Source of the DNA: the human T2T-CHM13v2.0 reference genome, Homo sapiens
Reading direction: 5' to 3' (one strand)
Length of the DNA stretch: 64,000 nucleotides
NCBI RefSeq assembly: GCF_009914755.1
Contig: NC_060947.1
The notes under the pieces were generated by a model, which saw only the letters and a list, made by a program, of their open reading frames with translations, ran no database searches and was not told where the DNA came from. A program made the position numbers and the translations under genes. Each line of letters starts with the position of its first letter. The stretch's first letter is position 1. Shown here in pieces: positions 59,406 to 64,000 of the stretch.

Positions 59406-60715
59406 GACATACATGCAGCCAACAAGCATATTTTAAAAAGCTCAATATCACTGATCATTAGAGAAATGCAAATCAAAACCATAATGAGATATAATACCAT
59501 CTCACCCCAGTAAGAATGGCTATAATTTAAAAGTCAAAAAATACCAGATGCTGGTGAGGTTGCAGAGAAAAGGGAACCCTTATACACTATTGGTGAGAGT
59601 GTAAATTACTTCAACCATTGTGGAAAACAGTGTGGCGATTCTTCAAAGGGCTAAAAACAAAACTACCATTCAACCCAGCAATCCTAGTACTGGGTATATA
59701 CCCAAAGGAATATAAATCACTCTACCCTAAAGACACAGGCATGTGTATATTCATTTCAGCACTATTCACAATAGCAAAGACAGGAAATCAATCTAAATGC
59801 CCATCAATGGCAGATTGGATAAAAAAAATGTGGTACTTATCCACCATGGAATACTATGCAGTCATAAAAAAGAACGAGAGCATGTCCTTTGCAGGAACAT
59901 GGATAGAGTTGGAGGCCATTATCCTTAGTAAACTAATGCAGAAACACAAAACAAAATACTGCTTATTCTCATGTATGAGAGCAAAATGATGGAAAGGCAT
60001 GGACACAAAGAGGGGAACAACAGACACTGGGACCCACTTGAAAGTGGAGGGTGGGAGGAGGGAGAGCATCAGAAAAAATAACTACTAGGTACTAGGCTTA
60101 GTATCTGAGTTACAAAATAATCTGTACAACAAACCTCTGTGACATGAGTTTGCCTACATAGCAAACAGGCACATGTATCTCTGAACCTAAAATAAGTTAT
60201 TTAAAAACAGAAAAGAAGACTGCAGGACAATATAACTGATGAACATAGGTGCAAAAATCCTAAACAAAATACTACCAAACCATATTTACCGGTACATTAA
60301 AAGGATTTTTCACCATGATCAAGTGGGATTTATTCCTGGGATGTAAGGTTGGTTCAATATATGCAAATCAATAAATGTGATTCACCACATTAATAGAATA
60401 AAGGACAAAAAGCACAGGATCATGTCAATAAATGCAGCAAAATCATTTCATAAAATTCAACATTTTTTATGATTAAAAACTCTCCACAAATAAAATGAAT
60501 GTTTCTCAACACAATAAAGGCCAGCCATGTATAAGAAGCCCACAGCTAAAATTATACTAAATGGCAAAAAGTTAAAGGCTCTTTCTCTAAGAATGCTTAT
60601 TCTCACCACTTCTGTTCAACATTGTACTGGAAGTCCTAGCCATAGCAATTAGACAAGAGAAAGAAATAAAAGTCATGAAAATACAAAAGGATAAAGTGAA
60701 ACTGTCCGTGTTTGT

Positions 60716-61071
<356 letters not shown>

Positions 61072-64000
61072 TACATAATATTATATATAGAAAACCCTGC
61101 AGACTGTGCCAGAAAACTATTAGAATTGATAAGGAAGTTCAATGAAGTTCCTGATACAAAATCAACTTACAAAATTCAGTAGCATTTCTATACACTAAAA
61201 ACAAACTATCTGAAAAAGAAATTAAGAAAACAATCTCATTTACAATAGCAAAAAGTAATACATGAGTAAATTTAACCAAGGAAGTTAAATATCTGTATAC
61301 CAAAAATGATAAAATATTTATGAAAGAAATTAAAGATGACATAAGTGGAAAGATATCCTGTGTTCACGGAGTGAAATAATTACTACTGTTAAAATCTCCA
61401 TACTACCCAAAATGACTTACAGATTCAATGCAATCCTTATCAAAATTCCAAGTCATTCTTCATAGAAATAGAAAAAGAAACTAAAATTTTTATGGAACCA
61501 AAAATGACACCTAACGGCTAAAGCAATCTTTACCAAAAAGAATAAAGCTAGAGGCATCCCACTATCAAATTTCAAAATACATTACAAATCTATAGTAATC
61601 AAAGCAGCATGGTACTGGCACAAAAACAGACACATCAACCAATAGAATAGAATACAGAGCCCAGAAATAAACTCACACAAGTATGGTCAATTGATTTTTG
61701 ACAAAGGTGCCAAGAACACACATTGGAGAAAGGACAGTCCCTTCAGTAAATGGTGTTGGGAAATCTAGACATCAGAAGAATATTAAAAATATATTTTTAT
61801 ATTTATAATGGTGTTGGGAAATCTAGATATCAGAAGAATATTAAAAATATATAAGGAACTCAAACTACTTGGTAACAAGGAAACAAATAACCCTATTAAA
61901 AATGGGCAAAGTACCTGAACAGACATTTCTCAAAAGAAAGCATACAAATGGCCAATAGATACATGAAAACATGCTCAACATCTATAATCATCAGCAAAAA
62001 TTCAAGTTAAAACCACTATGCGATATCACCTCACACCTGTTATTTTGGCTATTTTCAAAGAGACGAAAGATAATAAATGTTGGTGAGGATGTAGAGAAAA
62101 GGGAACACTTATACATTCTTGGTAGTATTATAAATTAGTACACCTATTTTGGAAAACAATATGGAGATTCCTTGAAAAATTCAAAATAGAACTACCATAT
62201 GATCCAGCAATCCCACTAGTGGATATATAGCCAAAGGAAATAATACTGAAGAGATGTCTGCACTCCCATGTTCATTGCAGCACTATCACAATAGCCAAGA
62301 TATGAAATAAACCTGTTTCCATCAACAGATGTAATGGATTTTTAAAATGTGGTGTGTGTATGTATACACACACACACACACACACGCACACACACACATA
62401 TAGCTATATACACACACATGCACACAATGTAATATTATTCAACCTTAACAGAAATTTTTGCCATTTGCAACAACACAGATAAACTTAGAGGACATTATGC
62501 TAAGTGAAATAAACCAGGCACAGAGAGACAAATATTACATTATCTGACTTATATGTGCAATCTAAAAAAGTCAAATTTATAGAAGTAAAGAGTAGAATGG
62601 TAGTTGCCAGGGGCTGGAGTAGGGGAGTGGACAGGGAAAGGGGAGACATTGTTCAACAGGTACAAAGTTTCAGTTACATAGAAGAAATAAGTTCTGGTGA
62701 TCTATTGCACAGCACAGTAACTATAGTTGATAATAATGTATTGTATATTTTGAAATAGCTACAAGGGAGGATTTTAAATGTTCTCACCACTAAAAATGCT
62801 GATTATTATGAATTTATCATTCTACATTGTATACATGCATAAAATATGTTGTACCCCATAAATATATATAATTATTATTTGTCAATTAAAAACAGACTAC
62901 CTACTGAACTGTGCACTTTAGTTATTTTTGTTATATAAATTTACTTCAATTAAGAATTAAAATTAAAAATTTTTAAATGAAGGAGAAATTTTAAAAGTGA
63001 ATCAAATAATTTGGTACCCAATATATCCTTTCATGGTGTAAAAATGAAAAGTGGCCCAGGGAAAAGAAATTAAGGCTGCAGGTCTTCCACAGATGTCTGT
63101 AAGATTTGAGGTACCTAAAATTAAGTAGAGAGAAAGAGAATGTGTTTTAACAATAATTGTGGGCGTAGCTGTTCGTACATGAATCTGACCAGAGCAAAAT
63201 AGCTAAAACTTTGGAATAAATTGAGGGAGACATACTGTCAAAATAAAAATAAGTCTGGACTAATAGAAAATATGATGGTTGTAGACTTAAAATAATCCTT
63301 TGGCCTCTAACCTTTTATGGGTGAGAAACAGGCCCAGCAGCACCTAAAATTGGAATATTTCATATAGTACCAAAGAGGATAATAGAAAAGGAAAGATTTT
63401 CTGTAGGAGAGTTCCAAGAGTCATAAATAACAATAGGCTGGGAGAGATACTCTCAAGGAACAGAACAAGAGCCTAATTAAGGAATATTTCCCACCTTCAG
63501 TCATTTTCAGTTCACATGTCTCTGTATCAAAAGGAGTCCCATCTGGACTTGATGACATTACCACATAACACCTAGAAATCTTAGACTTTTGAGCTCTAAA
63601 CAATGACTGATTAGTAATTTTTGACTTATTGATCCTTTGACACGGGCAATTGTATTGTGTATGTTTAATATTTGGTGACTAGAGGACAGCTCACAGTAAA
63701 TGCTTTCAGTCTTTATCAAATATTCCAGCTTTTCAACACAAGGTGCTACTTTCCATAGAAGAATTATACATCTCTTTTTTATTAAACCCAGGAGTGGTCA
63801 TGTGACCTGCCTATGAATGAAATGCTTAACAAATATTTACTGTGCACCTAAGATTGCTAGGTGCTTTACTTCTGGTGACACAACTATAAAGATAAATAAA
63901 GTCCTTGCATTGAGAAAGCATATGATCTTCCCAATAGAGAGATGTATGAAACCGAGCCTTCTTGCCCTGCTCACTAAGACTCACAGCAGTATTTGTATAA

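Overview
Human-type (primate) Xq28 DNA containing one extragenic copy of the F8 intron-22 homologous repeat (int22h). The orientation and the H2A.B Leu68 allele fit int22h-2 (H2AB2/F8A2/MIR1184-2), with a duplicated 3' fragment of TMLHE (TMLHEP1-like). The reverse-complemented int22h-3/TMLHE arm is nearly identical and cannot be excluded from sequence alone. Gene content: TMLHE alternative exon 7b, exon 7 and exon 8/3'UTR (11.9-15.6 kb, +); intronless H2A.B (44797-45144, +); intronless HAP40/F8A (46122-47237, +) with MIR1184 antisense; and an orphan F8B first exon (MRIQDPGK plus donor, -). The rest is mostly nested retroelements (a near full-length L1PA, truncated L1s, Alus, MaLR/MLT2/LTR3/ERV1 LTRs, a deleted HERV-L), plus a ~3 kb AT-rich minisatellite. 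I see no convincing new protein-coding system. The best leads are the orphan F8B exon with candidate antisense exons downstream, CpG gain in old L1s inside int22h, a ~105 bp intron copy inside a DNA-transposon fossil, the AT-rich VNTR and an L1-into-L1 homologous junction. Repeat subfamilies are from recalled consensus sequences and repeat boundaries are approximate.
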